DNA of 64,000 nt from Candidatus Oxydemutatoraceae bacterium (GTDB lineage Bacteria > Pseudomonadota > Gammaproteobacteria > Poriferisulfidales > Oxydemutatoraceae): NCBI GenBank assembly GCA_965220085.1, contig CBDCOZ010000003.1, forward strand, positions 384,001-448,000, in the 5' to 3' direction. Of the stretch, positions 8,315-18,427 are shown piece after piece; within the stretch, counting starts at the first letter, position 1, and each line of letters starts with the position of its first letter. Position numbers and translations under genes: made by a program. A model generated the notes under the pieces. The model was not told where the DNA came from. It saw only the letters and a list, made by a program, of their open reading frames with translations, and made no database searches.

Positions 8315-8920
8315 TCACTTAAAGGCGACCCAAGTCGTGGCGATATACTTTGCGCCGTTTTCAAGCGTCGTGCCGCGGTGCGGATGGGTCCAGAACGGCG
8401 GGAACAATAGCAACTTGCCGCGTTCGGGCTTGACCCGCACGTCTTGGAAAAGAAATTCGGTTTCGCCGCCGGGGCCGTCGACCTCGTTGAGGTACCAGAT
8501 CGCGACCAGTTGGCGGTCGCTGAGCGCGCGGCTGTCGCCGTCGATGTGCCAGTGATAGAACTCGCCCGTCCGGGTGCGCTGGAGGTTGTAGCCGACGTCT
8601 TTGAACGCTCCTCTGAAGTATGGAAATGCCACGCACAACTCCCGCAGCGCCTCCGTCAGCGAGCGAAAGAGCGCCGCATCCGTGTCCTTCCAGTTGTCTT
8701 TGTTGCTGATGAATAGGTCGGTCGAGCGTTTGAGGGCGGGGTTTTCTATCCGGCCTTGTCCGACATATCCGGGATGGTGTTCGTCGCCGGCGGCTTCAAA
8801 CCGGCGCACGATGTCATCGCATAGGTCGGCGGCGATCGCGTCGTCTTTCTCAAAGATAAAGCTATGCGGTTTGACCTCGCGCACTGTTTGCAGCAACTCG
8901 GAGTAATTCTGTTTACGCAT
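8315..8920 (-). CDS. 2OG-Fe(II) oxygenase
   Basis: YHWHID...IWYLN...GGETEF...PERGKLLLFPPFWTHPHRG...KYIATTW. Confidence 0.9.
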   Translation of the reverse strand: MRKQNYSELLQTVREVKPHSFIFEKDDAIAADLCDDIVRRFEAAGDEHHPGYVGQGRIENPALKRSTDLFISNKDNWKDTDAALFRSLTEALRELCVAFPYFRGAFKDVGYNLQRTRTGEFYHWHIDGDSRALSDRQLVAIWYLNEVDGPGGETEFLFQDVRVKPERGKLLLFPPFWTHPHRGTTLENGAKYIATTWVAFK

Positions 8921-8967
8921 GGGCGTATGATAACATTTATAACAAAGCCGATGGCTCGGATTTTTTA

Positions 8968-9519
8968 ATGGTACGGATACGAACAAAGTGGAATAAGAAC
9001 AAGCCCGCTCGCAACTTTGGCGATACTGCGAGCGGTTTGTGCGTGAGCATCTGGCGCATGGCCTGCGAGTGCGTGTTGAATTTGGAGAACGAGGGCTTTG
9101 AGACCGACACCAACGCGCAGCGTCTTGATATTATTGCGGAGTTTTCGGTCTTTGCGATTCACTTGTTGGATCGTTTTGCATACGCGCATCTGGATACGCA
9201 AAGCCGTGCCGGCTTGATTACCGCAACCGCCCGCCGCTTTGCCGAAATCATGCAGGACAACCGCATCGATACCGATGGCGGAGGGCGCCACGAGGAAGCC
9301 TTCATTGCGCTGCTCAATCGGCGCGCGGACGAGTATGCCGAATGTTCGTGCGGCGAGTGCGGAGAGCCGGGCTTTAGCATGCGGCGGGTGCTCGGCGAGC
9401 ATGTGCGAGACCTGATGGGGGAGAAGCATCGGCAATGGGTTCCGGATTATGTGATAGACAAAGAGGCTCCGGATTTGTATCGGTCTTTGCGCCGCGCCGG
9501 ACAGTTGGTGTTCGCGTGA
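8968..9519 (+). CDS. Conserved hypothetical protein
   Basis: Long ORF with host-like codon usage, divergent from the oxygenase; no family confidently recognised. Confidence 0.65.
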   Translation: MVRIRTKWNKNKPARNFGDTASGLCVSIWRMACECVLNLENEGFETDTNAQRLDIIAEFSVFAIHLLDRFAYAHLDTQSRAGLITATARRFAEIMQDNRIDTDGGGRHEEAFIALLNRRADEYAECSCGECGEPGFSMRRVLGEHVRDLMGEKHRQWVPDYVIDKEAPDLYRSLRRAGQLVFA

Positions 9520-9520
9520 T

Positions 9521-10288
9521 ATGTCCGGCGGGCTGAGTAACAAGACCCAGCGCTGCCTTGCGCCGCGCGATTGCGCGCGGGCTGTTTTGGTGTCTTCGCT
9601 GAGCATGGCGTGGGAGTCGATTGCCGGTCGGGAGCGGGGGCCGTACATTTCTCATAAGCACAAGTTTGTCTATTATGATGTGCCCAAGGCGGCATGCACT
9701 ACGGTCAAGTTATGGATGGCGGAGGCGGATGGCATAGCGGTGAAAAACAGCATCCACTCTGCCGACATTCCCCGCGCCTTCTATCATAGGGCCGCTTCCA
9801 AATACAAAGATTATTTTCATTTCTCTTTTGTCAGGAACCCGTGGGACCGGCTCGTGTCTTGCTACTACAACAAAGTTCGCGACCCGGCAGGCGGAGGCGT
9901 TCGCAACGCGGTTATTATTGACGGCGAATACAAAGGTTTTGCCGACAGATACGGCAAAGGGCATTTTAAGCGCATGACATTTGCCGATTTTGTGCGCTTT
10001 GTGTGCGGGATTCCCGACTGGATGTGCGATGTGCATTTCCGGCCGCAGGATACCTTCCTCAACATGGCGGCGATGGACTTTGTCGGTCGCTTTGAGGATT
10101 TTCGCCCGGACTTCCGCTATGTGATGGAGGAGGTCGGTGCCGCAGATTCCGCGGCTAAGTTCCTGAGCCAAAAGTCGATGGCAAGCTCCTATGAGGGCGG
10201 ATACAGGGCACTGTATGACGATGAGACCAAAGTGCTCGTTGCGCGCAAATACGCGAGAGAAATAGAACGCTTTGGCTATGCTTTTTGA
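9521..10288 (+). CDS. Sulfotransferase family 2 protein
   Basis: VPKAACTT 5'-PSB motif, FSFVRNPWDRLVSCY 3'-PB motif, HFRPQ, DFVGRFE. Confidence 0.9.
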   Translation: MSGGLSNKTQRCLAPRDCARAVLVSSLSMAWESIAGRERGPYISHKHKFVYYDVPKAACTTVKLWMAEADGIAVKNSIHSADIPRAFYHRAASKYKDYFHFSFVRNPWDRLVSCYYNKVRDPAGGGVRNAVIIDGEYKGFADRYGKGHFKRMTFADFVRFVCGIPDWMCDVHFRPQDTFLNMAAMDFVGRFEDFRPDFRYVMEEVGAADSAAKFLSQKSMASSYEGGYRALYDDETKVLVARKYAREIERFGYAF

Positions 10289-10449
10289 TTTCCGCGCGGG
10301 CTTGCGCAAACCGTATGCGCGGGCGCTGGCGGCGGCGCAAGATAATAGGCGAGGACTAGCGAGAGCATAGCTTGCGCAACGTATGCGCCCGCGCATCGGC
10401 GGCGGCTCGCAAGCGGCGGGTATAATTGAACCTGCGACACATCGCATAC

Positions 10450-10542
10450 GGAGAGGTACCGAAGTGGTCATAACGGCGCTGACTCGAAATCAGATGGTCG
10501 GTGTATGCCGGCACGTGGGTTCGAATCCCACCCTCTCCGCCA
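10450..10542 (+). tRNA. tRNA-Ser(CGA)
   Basis: GGAGAGG...CCTCTCCGCCA acceptor stem, anticodon loop CTCGAAA, long variable arm, GGTTCGAATCC T-loop. Confidence 0.95.
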
Positions 10543-10665
10543 ATTCCGACTTTTGCCCGTGCGGGCGGTGTTTTTGGAAGAAGTTTGAGTGAAAACTATG
10601 GTGGCAAAAGCAATAACGATTTTTCTGGTTGATGGCGAACGGGCTTAAAATATCATGGATAACAC

Positions 10666-11682
10666 ATGGATAACAGGAAAGGAAAAAAGTTTAAATTTAT
10701 AGATCTATTCGCTGGAATTGGAGGAATGCGGATTGCTTTTGAGCGAGCGGGCGGTAAATGCGTTTTTACATCTGAATGGGATGGTCCATGCCAAGTTATG
10801 TATGAAGCAAATTTCGGCGAGAAGCCTTTCGGCGACATCACGGAACTGAGCGCCGAAGATGTGCCGAATCATGATATTTTGGTCGGCGGCTTTCCGTGCC
10901 AAGCGTTTAGCATCATTGGCAACAAGTTGGGGTTTGCCGATACCAGAGGCACTTTGTTTTTTGACATTGAGCGAATACTGAAAGCCAAACAGCCAAAAGC
11001 ATTTTTGCTTGAAAATGTGAAACAACTGACCACCCACGACGGGGGACGAACATTCGGCGTTATTTTGCAGTGCTTGGAAAAGTTGGGGTACTTTGTTCAC
11101 TACAAAGTGCTGAATGGGTTGGATTTCGGCGTTCCGCAAAAAAGGGAGCGAATTATTATCGTCGGATTCAAGAAAAGTTATCCTTTTAGATTCCCTAAAA
11201 GCAAAAGCAAGACAAAACCGCTTGCGGATATTTTGGAAGCGGAATATGAGGTAGACAAGAAGCATTTTTTGAGTGATTACTTCCGACAGAAACTGCAGCG
11301 GAAATTGAAAGAGCAAGGCAAGGAAATAACCGCTCGTCCGGCGGTTGTTCACGAGAATAAGGGCGGTAATTTGGGGATACACCCTTTCTCCGCTGCATTG
11401 CGCGCCAACGGCTCATACAATTACGTCACGCTCAATGCCGAACGTCGCCTTACTCCCAGAGAGATGCTGAGACTGCAAGGCTATCCGGATACATTTAAAA
11501 TAGTCGTCCCCGATACGCAGGTTAGAAAACAAGCCGGGAACAGCGTTGTAATCCCGAAAATAGAAGCTGTGGCGCATGCCATGACAAAAGCCATGAGCGA
11601 AAAGCCGCAAAACATGCCGGCACAGTTTGATTTACTGGATGCCGATAAAGAGCCACAGAGAATCTATGCCGCCAAACCATAA
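10666..11682 (+). CDS. DNA (cytosine-5) methyltransferase, M.HaeII-like
   Basis: FIDLFAGIGG, GGFPCQAFS, LENV, QKRERI, QAGNSV; target-recognition region HENKGGN...ALRANGSYNY...RRLTPREMLRLQG resembles the HaeII/NgoI group (from recall). Confidence 0.9.
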   Translation: MDNRKGKKFKFIDLFAGIGGMRIAFERAGGKCVFTSEWDGPCQVMYEANFGEKPFGDITELSAEDVPNHDILVGGFPCQAFSIIGNKLGFADTRGTLFFDIERILKAKQPKAFLLENVKQLTTHDGGRTFGVILQCLEKLGYFVHYKVLNGLDFGVPQKRERIIIVGFKKSYPFRFPKSKSKTKPLADILEAEYEVDKKHFLSDYFRQKLQRKLKEQGKEITARPAVVHENKGGNLGIHPFSAALRANGSYNYVTLNAERRLTPREMLRLQGYPDTFKIVVPDTQVRKQAGNSVVIPKIEAVAHAMTKAMSEKPQNMPAQFDLLDADKEPQRIYAAKP

Positions 11683-11769
11683 AAGACCGCGAAAGAAGCC
11701 CTTGATACTGTGATTCGAGAATCACGCATACATTTGATTGATTGGATGCCTTATGTGGCAAAGCGGTAG
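11666..11769 (+). pseudogene. Remnant N-terminus of a HaeII-family restriction endonuclease
   Basis: ATG overlaps the MTase end; after a frameshift it reads KTAKEALDTVIRESRIH, like the HaeII-family N-terminus, then is truncated. Confidence 0.55.
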
Positions 11770-11828
11770 GCAAATGGTTGACTTATAAGAGACTGGTTTC
11801 TTAGTCTCTGTTATTGTCGGGATGTGTT

Positions 11829-12383
11829 TTATCTGCTTGGGTTTAATTCAACACCCATGCCCTTTAAGATAAAATCCCGCAAAGAAATGCCAAGCACGGT
11901 ATCAAAGATGATAGCCGTTTCCGCCCCCTCGCCAAAAGCCACATCTTCAATAGACTTTTTTTCTTGTGAGGTTAATAAATCGGGCAATTCTTCAAGCGCA
12001 AAGTCAAAACATTTCTCTTGAATAGAGTAAGCGCTTTCATTTTCTTCTGTCTTCACATGCGAAGCATATTTTTTAGCCAATTCATCAGCCTCAATGAGAC
12101 CGGTCACTTTTATGCCCATATCATTTAATCCGGCAGGGCTTGCAGAGTCAGAGAATTCACGACGGCGCATAGCCATCATGCCGCTTTTCAAAAAATCCGC
12201 ATCATTCGCTATAGCGTCAACCTTAGCGAGAAGGTGGTTCCAGCCCTCTTTAAAAGGTTTTAACCCTCTGAGAAAGTCGACCAGTCCGCGCAACTTATAA
12301 CCGCCATAAAAGATTATTAAAAGCAGAATGACAACCGCGACGATAACGCTAAGCCAATTATCTAAGAAAAGAGCCATGCCCAT
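11829..12383 (-). CDS. Hypothetical protein with N-terminal transmembrane helix
   Basis: 184-aa ORF with hydrophobic WLSVIVAVVILLLIIFYGG. Confidence 0.7.
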   Translation of the reverse strand: MGMALFLDNWLSVIVAVVILLLIIFYGGYKLRGLVDFLRGLKPFKEGWNHLLAKVDAIANDADFLKSGMMAMRRREFSDSASPAGLNDMGIKVTGLIEADELAKKYASHVKTEENESAYSIQEKCFDFALEELPDLLTSQEKKSIEDVAFGEGAETAIIFDTVLGISLRDFILKGMGVELNPSR

Positions 12384-12789
12384 TTATTTAACCTTTTGAA
12401 AACATTTTGTTTTATGACCGCATGGTTTTGCGACCAACCCCAACCATTGTCATGGCATTATAACGACAATCATGCTTTTACCCGAAAGGGACGGTCTGAC
12501 AGCCTTTTAGGGCCTTGTCACCCCGCTGCTAATAATCATTTCCGCTCCATGCAGGCAAACAGAAACTCCCGAGCGGCGCATCCGTGTGCCCCCAGCCGCA
12601 CATCTTGAACTCAATGGTTTTGGGACTCGCTTATAAAGCGAGCGACCATTGCGAGCTTCGGTTTCAACGGCATCCGTGTCAACCTTGCTATTTCATTCAA
12701 GCGGCGCATGAATCTCAGCCTTTGATTCCGATATATCAGAGATCGCGGGCGGATCCGCTTTTGTTAAAAGCTTGTCGCCGGTTCTTATT

Positions 12790-12936
12790 TACCAGCGGGT
12801 TTTGTCCCACATTTCGGGGTTGCTCCAGAAGCGGCTTGTGTTCGCGCCATCTTTGATTAGATCTTTGTAATTGATCTGCAATCCCATACCGAGAAAAGCG
12901 GCGGCGATTTGTGTCAAAGGTCGGCAATTCCACCGC
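12790..12936 (-). pseudogene. Collapsed duplicate remnant of the DUF6231-like gene and rnd
   Basis: 12791-12836 matches 18620-18665; TGTGTTCGCGCCAT matches ~19541; 12851-12935 matches rnd ~19859-19945. Confidence 0.8.
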
Positions 12937-13155
12937 ACCTCGGGTGCGCTCCCTTTGTTGCGCATGCAAAACCAAAAATTTCCTTACCCTTAGAAATCGG
13001 CGGGGGTGCGGGAGGAGCCGCAAAAAATTGAAAGGAAATTTTATGGTTTTACTTTCGCCGCTTCCTTTGCAAAATTGAGACAAATTTCTATAATTCAGAT
13101 GTAAATATTTTATGTTTTACATTGTGATTTATATATCATGTTATAAAACACCGCT

Positions 13156-13353
13156 ATGAGCATTGCGAATAATTTAAAAAAGATACGGGCTGAAATGGGC
13201 TATTCTCTCGAAAAGGTTGCCCGCCTTGCAGATTTATCTCTCAATACTGTTGTCAAAATTGAGAACGGTGCGAACAAAAATCCGACGATTGATACCTTTT
13301 CCAAAATCGCCAAAGCGCCTGAGGTCGGTGTTGATGATTTAATACGGGAATAG
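13156..13353 (+). CDS. XRE-family HTH regulator (possible R-M controller)
   Basis: LKKIRAEMGYSLEKVARLADLSLNTVVKIENG HTH_3 pattern, directly upstream of the REase-like gene. Confidence 0.85.
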   Translation: MSIANNLKKIRAEMGYSLEKVARLADLSLNTVVKIENGANKNPTIDTFSKIAKAPEVGVDDLIRE

Positions 13354-13355
13354 TT

Positions 13356-14329
13356 ATGAAAGACTTAATAATTCACCAAGTCAATATTTCTCACTATCGC
13401 CTGATAGAGTTGGCTAAGTTGGCAGACCAAGCCAAACCTTTTTATGATTGGGCGGAGAAGAAGGCAAAGCATGTTACAAACTCGCATAAAACGCTCAACG
13501 AAATATTACTTCATGCCGACAAAAGCCGGCTGAAAGAAATAATTGTCTCTTGTTATAACGCAACAGAGGAAGAAACCCCCATGCTGTTTGATGGTATTGG
13601 CAGAGTTTATACTCACTCAAAAGCGTGTTTCTACTTTTTTGCTTGGATTATCAGAGATGCTCCGCGACAGAGATTAGCGCCTCTAATTTCGAGAATGAGA
13701 AAAATTGAAGACATTGAAAAATAACAGCCGAAACTGATTCTCTGGTTGAGCTTATCCATGAATATCGTTCGCTTGTTAAAAGTTTTGAATGGCAAGCTGT
13801 GAGAGAGATAGTTATTGACAGGCTTGAAGGATCAAGACGCAGCATTAAAGGACATCATCTTGAGGCGGATATCAGAACGGCTCTTGTTACGGCTTTCCAA
13901 AATTATTACTCCATACACTCGGACTATGGAAAATGTAAGAAAGTAGAGATTGCGAAAAAACAAATCAAAATCGGAAATCATACCGTCGATGTGTCGGCAA
14001 AGTTGCTCTCTAAAAACGGACAACCAAACTACAAGCTTCTAATTCCAATAAAGACAAGAGAGACAGAGGGCGGCGGTCACGCGCACATCTTTACCAGAGA
14101 TATAGTGGCGGCAATTCGAGATTTAAAAGATAGTGATTCCGCCTATCATATTGTTGCGGTAATTGTTGCCCGGAATTGGTCGCCTGCTGAGATTAGTAAC
14201 ATTGACGACCGGATAGATCTCATTTTCCATTTCAATATGAGCCCAAACAAGTTTGATGGTTTTGACGAAGATTCTCAGATTAGATTAAACCAGTATATTC
14301 AAAAAATACTCAATCGGCATGAAGAATAA
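13356..14329 (+). pseudogene. Frameshifted putative type II restriction endonuclease
   Basis: ORFs 13356..13724 and 13799..14329 join if one A is added in GAAAAATAAC (~13717-13722); PD-(D/E)XK-like VDVS...IPIKTRE; sits between the HTH gene and the MTase. Confidence 0.7.
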
Positions 14330-15212
14330 AAAACTGAAAGACAAAATAATATTGGGAGATGTTCGAAAAGCGCACAGGCAAATACCCGACAGCGGCTTTC
14401 AGTGCATCGTTACAAGCCCTCCGTATTTTGGACACAGGAAATATTCCGGAGACGATTCCAGTCCGGATGAAGTCGGAAGAGAAACAAACCCGCAAGATTA
14501 CATCTCCAATCTGGCGGAATGTTTTGGCGTGTTAAAAAGCAAACTTCAAGATGACGGTCTTTTGTGGCTGAACTTGGGCGATACCTATCGAAACAAAAGT
14601 CTTTTGGGCATGCCTTGGAGAGTCGCATTTGCGCTTCAAGATGACGGTTGGATACTGAGAAGCGATATTATTTGGCATAAACCAAACGCAATGCCATCTT
14701 CGGCAAAAGACAGACTGACAATCGATCATGAATATATTTTCCTCTTTTCGAAAACAGCCGATTATTTTTATAACGCGGATGCGATCAGAGAACCCCATGT
14801 TACTTTTTCTGAAAAATCAAAAATGAAGGGAGGGAGAAATCACTTTGGCAAAAGAGACGGCACACCGGAAAACGGTAAAAATGGCGGGAATGCAAATCTG
14901 CATAACGGAAGATGGGATCAGGCTTTCCATCCCAAAGGGAGAAACAAAAGGACTGTATGGGAAATACCTCTTGGCAAGTTTCGCGGCACACACTTTGCGG
15001 TATACCCGGAGAAGCTGGTTGAGACTTGCATATTGGCTTCCACAAACGAAGGGGATTGTATTTTGGATCCTTTTGCGGGCTCGGGAACAACCGGTGTTGT
15101 TGCCAAAAAGCATGGCAGAGATTTTATTGGTATTGAGTTGGTGGAAACATATCAAAAAATGGCGCAAGAAAGAATTGACAAAGAGAAACAACAACTTGCC
15201 TTATCGAGTTAG
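14319..15212 (+). CDS. Site-specific DNA methyltransferase, beta class (probably N4-cytosine)
   Basis: VTSPPY catalytic motif precedes LDPFAGSGTT SAM-binding motif; PWRVAFALQDDGWILRSDIIWHKPN. Confidence 0.9.
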   Translation: MKNKKLKDKIILGDVRKAHRQIPDSGFQCIVTSPPYFGHRKYSGDDSSPDEVGRETNPQDYISNLAECFGVLKSKLQDDGLLWLNLGDTYRNKSLLGMPWRVAFALQDDGWILRSDIIWHKPNAMPSSAKDRLTIDHEYIFLFSKTADYFYNADAIREPHVTFSEKSKMKGGRNHFGKRDGTPENGKNGGNANLHNGRWDQAFHPKGRNKRTVWEIPLGKFRGTHFAVYPEKLVETCILASTNEGDCILDPFAGSGTTGVVAKKHGRDFIGIELVETYQKMAQERIDKEKQQLALSS

Positions 15213-15215
15213 CTT

Positions 15216-16433
15216 ATGAAAGGTCAATTGAACACAACCGAGCTAAAAGACATTGTGCAGGATTGCAACATAAATTTCCTGCTTGGTTCTGGCATGTCTA
15301 TGCCATATCTCTCAACATTTGGAAAAATTGAGCAATTTTTGACTGAACTTACAGCGAAAAAAGAAAAAGGAGAAGTTACTGATGAGCAAGAGAAAATCAT
15401 CCGTGTTTCGCTGTATAAAAAATTTTTTGACGGCGCAATTTTGAAGAATCTTGAAATTCTGAGAAGTAGCACTGGTGCGAGTGATGTTTTGGAAAACTAC
15501 AAAGTTTTTCTAAAAATACTCAACTCAATTCTACTCAATCGCAAAAGCACAATTTTGAATAAGCAAGTAAATTTGTTTACGACAAATGTAGATGTGTTTT
15601 TGGAGAAAGCTTTGGAGAGTACCAGTGTGGAGTATAACGACGGCTTTAGCGGTCGTTTTGATCCATTGTTTAATCTCACGAACTTTAAGAAGTCATTTTT
15701 TAAAACAAGTTTGCATTACGACAACACTTCTGAATTACCAGTATTTAATTTAATGAAAATACATGGCTCTCTTACTTGGTATAAAAAAGAGAATGAGGAT
15801 ATTGCCTTTTCTCTTGATTTAGGGCTTGCTGAGAAAATAAAGTCTAAAACTATTTCTGATGATAAGTTGATCGAAATTGATGACGAAAAAACTATTGACG
15901 ATTTAGTTAGCGTAGCAAACGGCAAAACCCCCGATGATTCAATCGATGAATTTACTACTGAATATGAAAAATTGGCAATTGTGAATCCGACAAAAGAAAA
16001 ATTTAGAGAAACAGTTTTGAACAGAAACTATTATGAACTTTTGCGGATTTATTCCAATGAGCTTGAAAAAGAAAATACAGTTTTGTTTGTTGCAGGATTT
16101 TCTTTTGCTGATGAGCATATTCGTGATGTGACGATACGAGTTGCAAATTCCAATCCAACACTCAAGATTTATATCTTTTCGCACTCAAGTAATCTTGACG
16201 AAGGTGTGCAAAAGGTCAAAGAAGCTTCTAATAATAACAATATTGAAATTGTGGTTCCGCCTCAAAAAGAAAATGGAGACGGAGAAATGGATGATGAATT
16301 CAAATACGACTTCAAAACCATAAACGACAAAGTGTTCGGTGAGTTACTGAAGAAAATTGGCGAAAAGGAAGAGGTAACAGATTTTAATTTTTACAATGAA
16401 CGACAAGCAAACATTAAAAGACTCAATTTTTAA
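15216..16433 (+). CDS. SIR2-family NADase of a Sir2-HerA anti-phage system
   Basis: NFLLGSGMS, FTTNVD, KIHGS, GFSFADEHI. Confidence 0.9.
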   Translation: MKGQLNTTELKDIVQDCNINFLLGSGMSMPYLSTFGKIEQFLTELTAKKEKGEVTDEQEKIIRVSLYKKFFDGAILKNLEILRSSTGASDVLENYKVFLKILNSILLNRKSTILNKQVNLFTTNVDVFLEKALESTSVEYNDGFSGRFDPLFNLTNFKKSFFKTSLHYDNTSELPVFNLMKIHGSLTWYKKENEDIAFSLDLGLAEKIKSKTISDDKLIEIDDEKTIDDLVSVANGKTPDDSIDEFTTEYEKLAIVNPTKEKFRETVLNRNYYELLRIYSNELEKENTVLFVAGFSFADEHIRDVTIRVANSNPTLKIYIFSHSSNLDEGVQKVKEASNNNNIEIVVPPQKENGDGEMDDEFKYDFKTINDKVFGELLKKIGEKEEVTDFNFYNERQANIKRLNF

Positions 16434-18255
16434 AATTGGCAGAGTTATATCTGTCGATGGTCGTCTTGTAAAAGTAAAAGTTGATAAAACAAAAAACACT
16501 TCTCACTTACTCTACAAAGGCGAGCTACTAAAAAATATCTCTGTTGGCGGCTACATAAAAATAGTGAAAGGATTTGCAAAAATTATCGGGAAAGTTGAGG
16601 GAGAATCTATCCACGAGGAGAAAGGAGTTTCTAACAAAGAATATACCAGTGACAAGCAAAAGATAAGTCGTGTATTGGATGTAAGCCTGCTCGGTTTTTT
16701 TGGCGAGAAAGGTTTTGAGAAAGGAATAAAAGAGTTGCCGTTGTTAGACAATGAGTGTTTTTTGTTAGAAAACGAAGAATTTAGCGAGGTGTACCATTTT
16801 GTCAAAAAGGGAGACGAACCAATAACTATCGGCACGCTATCTCTTGAAAAAGGGCAGGAAATCAAAATCGGAATCAATAGCTTGTTTGCAAGTCACATTG
16901 GTATATTTGGAAATACTGGAAGTGGAAAATCTTACACGCTTGCAAAAATTTATCGTGAGCTATTTAAGAAATATGAGAACGGAGAGAACTTTAAAAGCAA
17001 CGGAATGTTTTTGCTATTTGATTTTAACGGAGAATACGCTGATGAAAAATGTATTGTAGAGGGAAAGAAGATTTACAATCTCACCACAAGAAAAGAACTT
17101 CAAGATATAAATAATGATGAAAAATTTCCACTAAACGAAAATGACTTAATAGACATTGAACTTATTTCTATTTTGGCAAACGCAACTGAGAAAACACAAC
17201 GACCATTTTTATCTCGTTCGTTGGAATTTTACAAGAGAGTAAATATTGAGGATGATACCTTAGGTTTTTTCAAAAACATTTTGAGAAAGCGTATAAAAGA
17301 AGTCTTGAAAATGACCGACAAAGATAAGGTATATATCTTAATTGACTACTTAAAAAACATATTGGAAACTCCCAAATTAGATATAAGTGAACAATTATTT
17401 GCACGAATTGAGTGGAATAACACACATCATCATTTTATGCCCAGAAACGGGCAAAGTAGAGAGTTGAGCGATGTCGAAATAGAAGATACGGTTTTGTATA
17501 CTTCTGCTGATAGTTACCAGTTTCCACAAAATGTCTTAACAAAAGTTATTCATTTCCTGTACTTGCAGTTGGTTTTTGATGTTTATAACGATAAGGCCAA
17601 AAACGAGCATATTGCTCCTGCGATCAACAAGCTAAGAAGCAAGAGAAAAGATATTGAAAAAGTATTAGATACGAACAGTGCGCAACATGACTTTTTTAAT
17701 GAAAGTAATTTTGTAGTTTTAAATTTGAAAGATGTAAATCTTGAAATGAAAAAAACGCTTCCTCTTTTGCTCTCAAAAAAAGTCTACACGGAACATAAAC
17801 ACAGACATAATCAAGATGAGAAAAAATTTCTCAATATTATCGTTGATGAAGCGCACAATATTTTGTCAAAAGAATCTTTCCGCGAAGCGGAAAGTTGGAA
17901 AGACTATCGTTTAGAGACATTTGAAGAAGTAATCAAAGAAGGTCGCAAATTTGGAGTATTTTTGACTATAGCGAGCCAACGTCCACATGACATTTCTGCG
18001 ACTATCATTTCTCAACTACACAATTATTTCTTGCACAGATTGATAAATAATCACGATATCACTGCCGTTGAAAGAACTATTGCTTATCTTGATAGGTTGT
18101 CTGTTGAATATTTGTCTATACTACCAACAGGTACATGCGTACTTGCTGGACTGCTTGCACAAGTGCCAGTAGTTGTTGATATTGGAAAAATTGAACCTAA
18201 AGAGCATGAACCAGACAACAAAACAATTGACTTGGTTAAAAACTGGAAGGGTTAA
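16396..18255 (+). CDS. herA: HerA/DUF87 ATPase of the Sir2-HerA system
   Basis: HIGIFGNTGSGKS Walker A, IIVDEAHN Walker B, KEGRKFG, ASQRP. Confidence 0.9.
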   Translation: MNDKQTLKDSIFKIGRVISVDGRLVKVKVDKTKNTSHLLYKGELLKNISVGGYIKIVKGFAKIIGKVEGESIHEEKGVSNKEYTSDKQKISRVLDVSLLGFFGEKGFEKGIKELPLLDNECFLLENEEFSEVYHFVKKGDEPITIGTLSLEKGQEIKIGINSLFASHIGIFGNTGSGKSYTLAKIYRELFKKYENGENFKSNGMFLLFDFNGEYADEKCIVEGKKIYNLTTRKELQDINNDEKFPLNENDLIDIELISILANATEKTQRPFLSRSLEFYKRVNIEDDTLGFFKNILRKRIKEVLKMTDKDKVYILIDYLKNILETPKLDISEQLFARIEWNNTHHHFMPRNGQSRELSDVEIEDTVLYTSADSYQFPQNVLTKVIHFLYLQLVFDVYNDKAKNEHIAPAINKLRSKRKDIEKVLDTNSAQHDFFNESNFVVLNLKDVNLEMKKTLPLLLSKKVYTEHKHRHNQDEKKFLNIIVDEAHNILSKESFREAESWKDYRLETFEEVIKEGRKFGVFLTIASQRPHDISATIISQLHNYFLHRLINNHDITAVERTIAYLDRLSVEYLSILPTGTCVLAGLLAQVPVVVDIGKIEPKEHEPDNKTIDLVKNWKG

Positions 18256-18427
18256 AGGGGTTCCGCTTGCGCGCACATGGGCGGGTTTCGGCAATCGCAG
18301 TATGGTTTGCTTATGCCATTAATCCGAACTTTGTTCAAAAAACATCGCCAACTTTCAATTTTGGCATAATTATGTCGGTCAATAATCTATTACCAGAATA
18401 GCCATAATCAAAGCAGATTTTTAAAAG

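Noticed and set aside
15216-18255. Sir2-HerA as a novel system
   Set aside because: Already described anti-phage system; only its context is noted.
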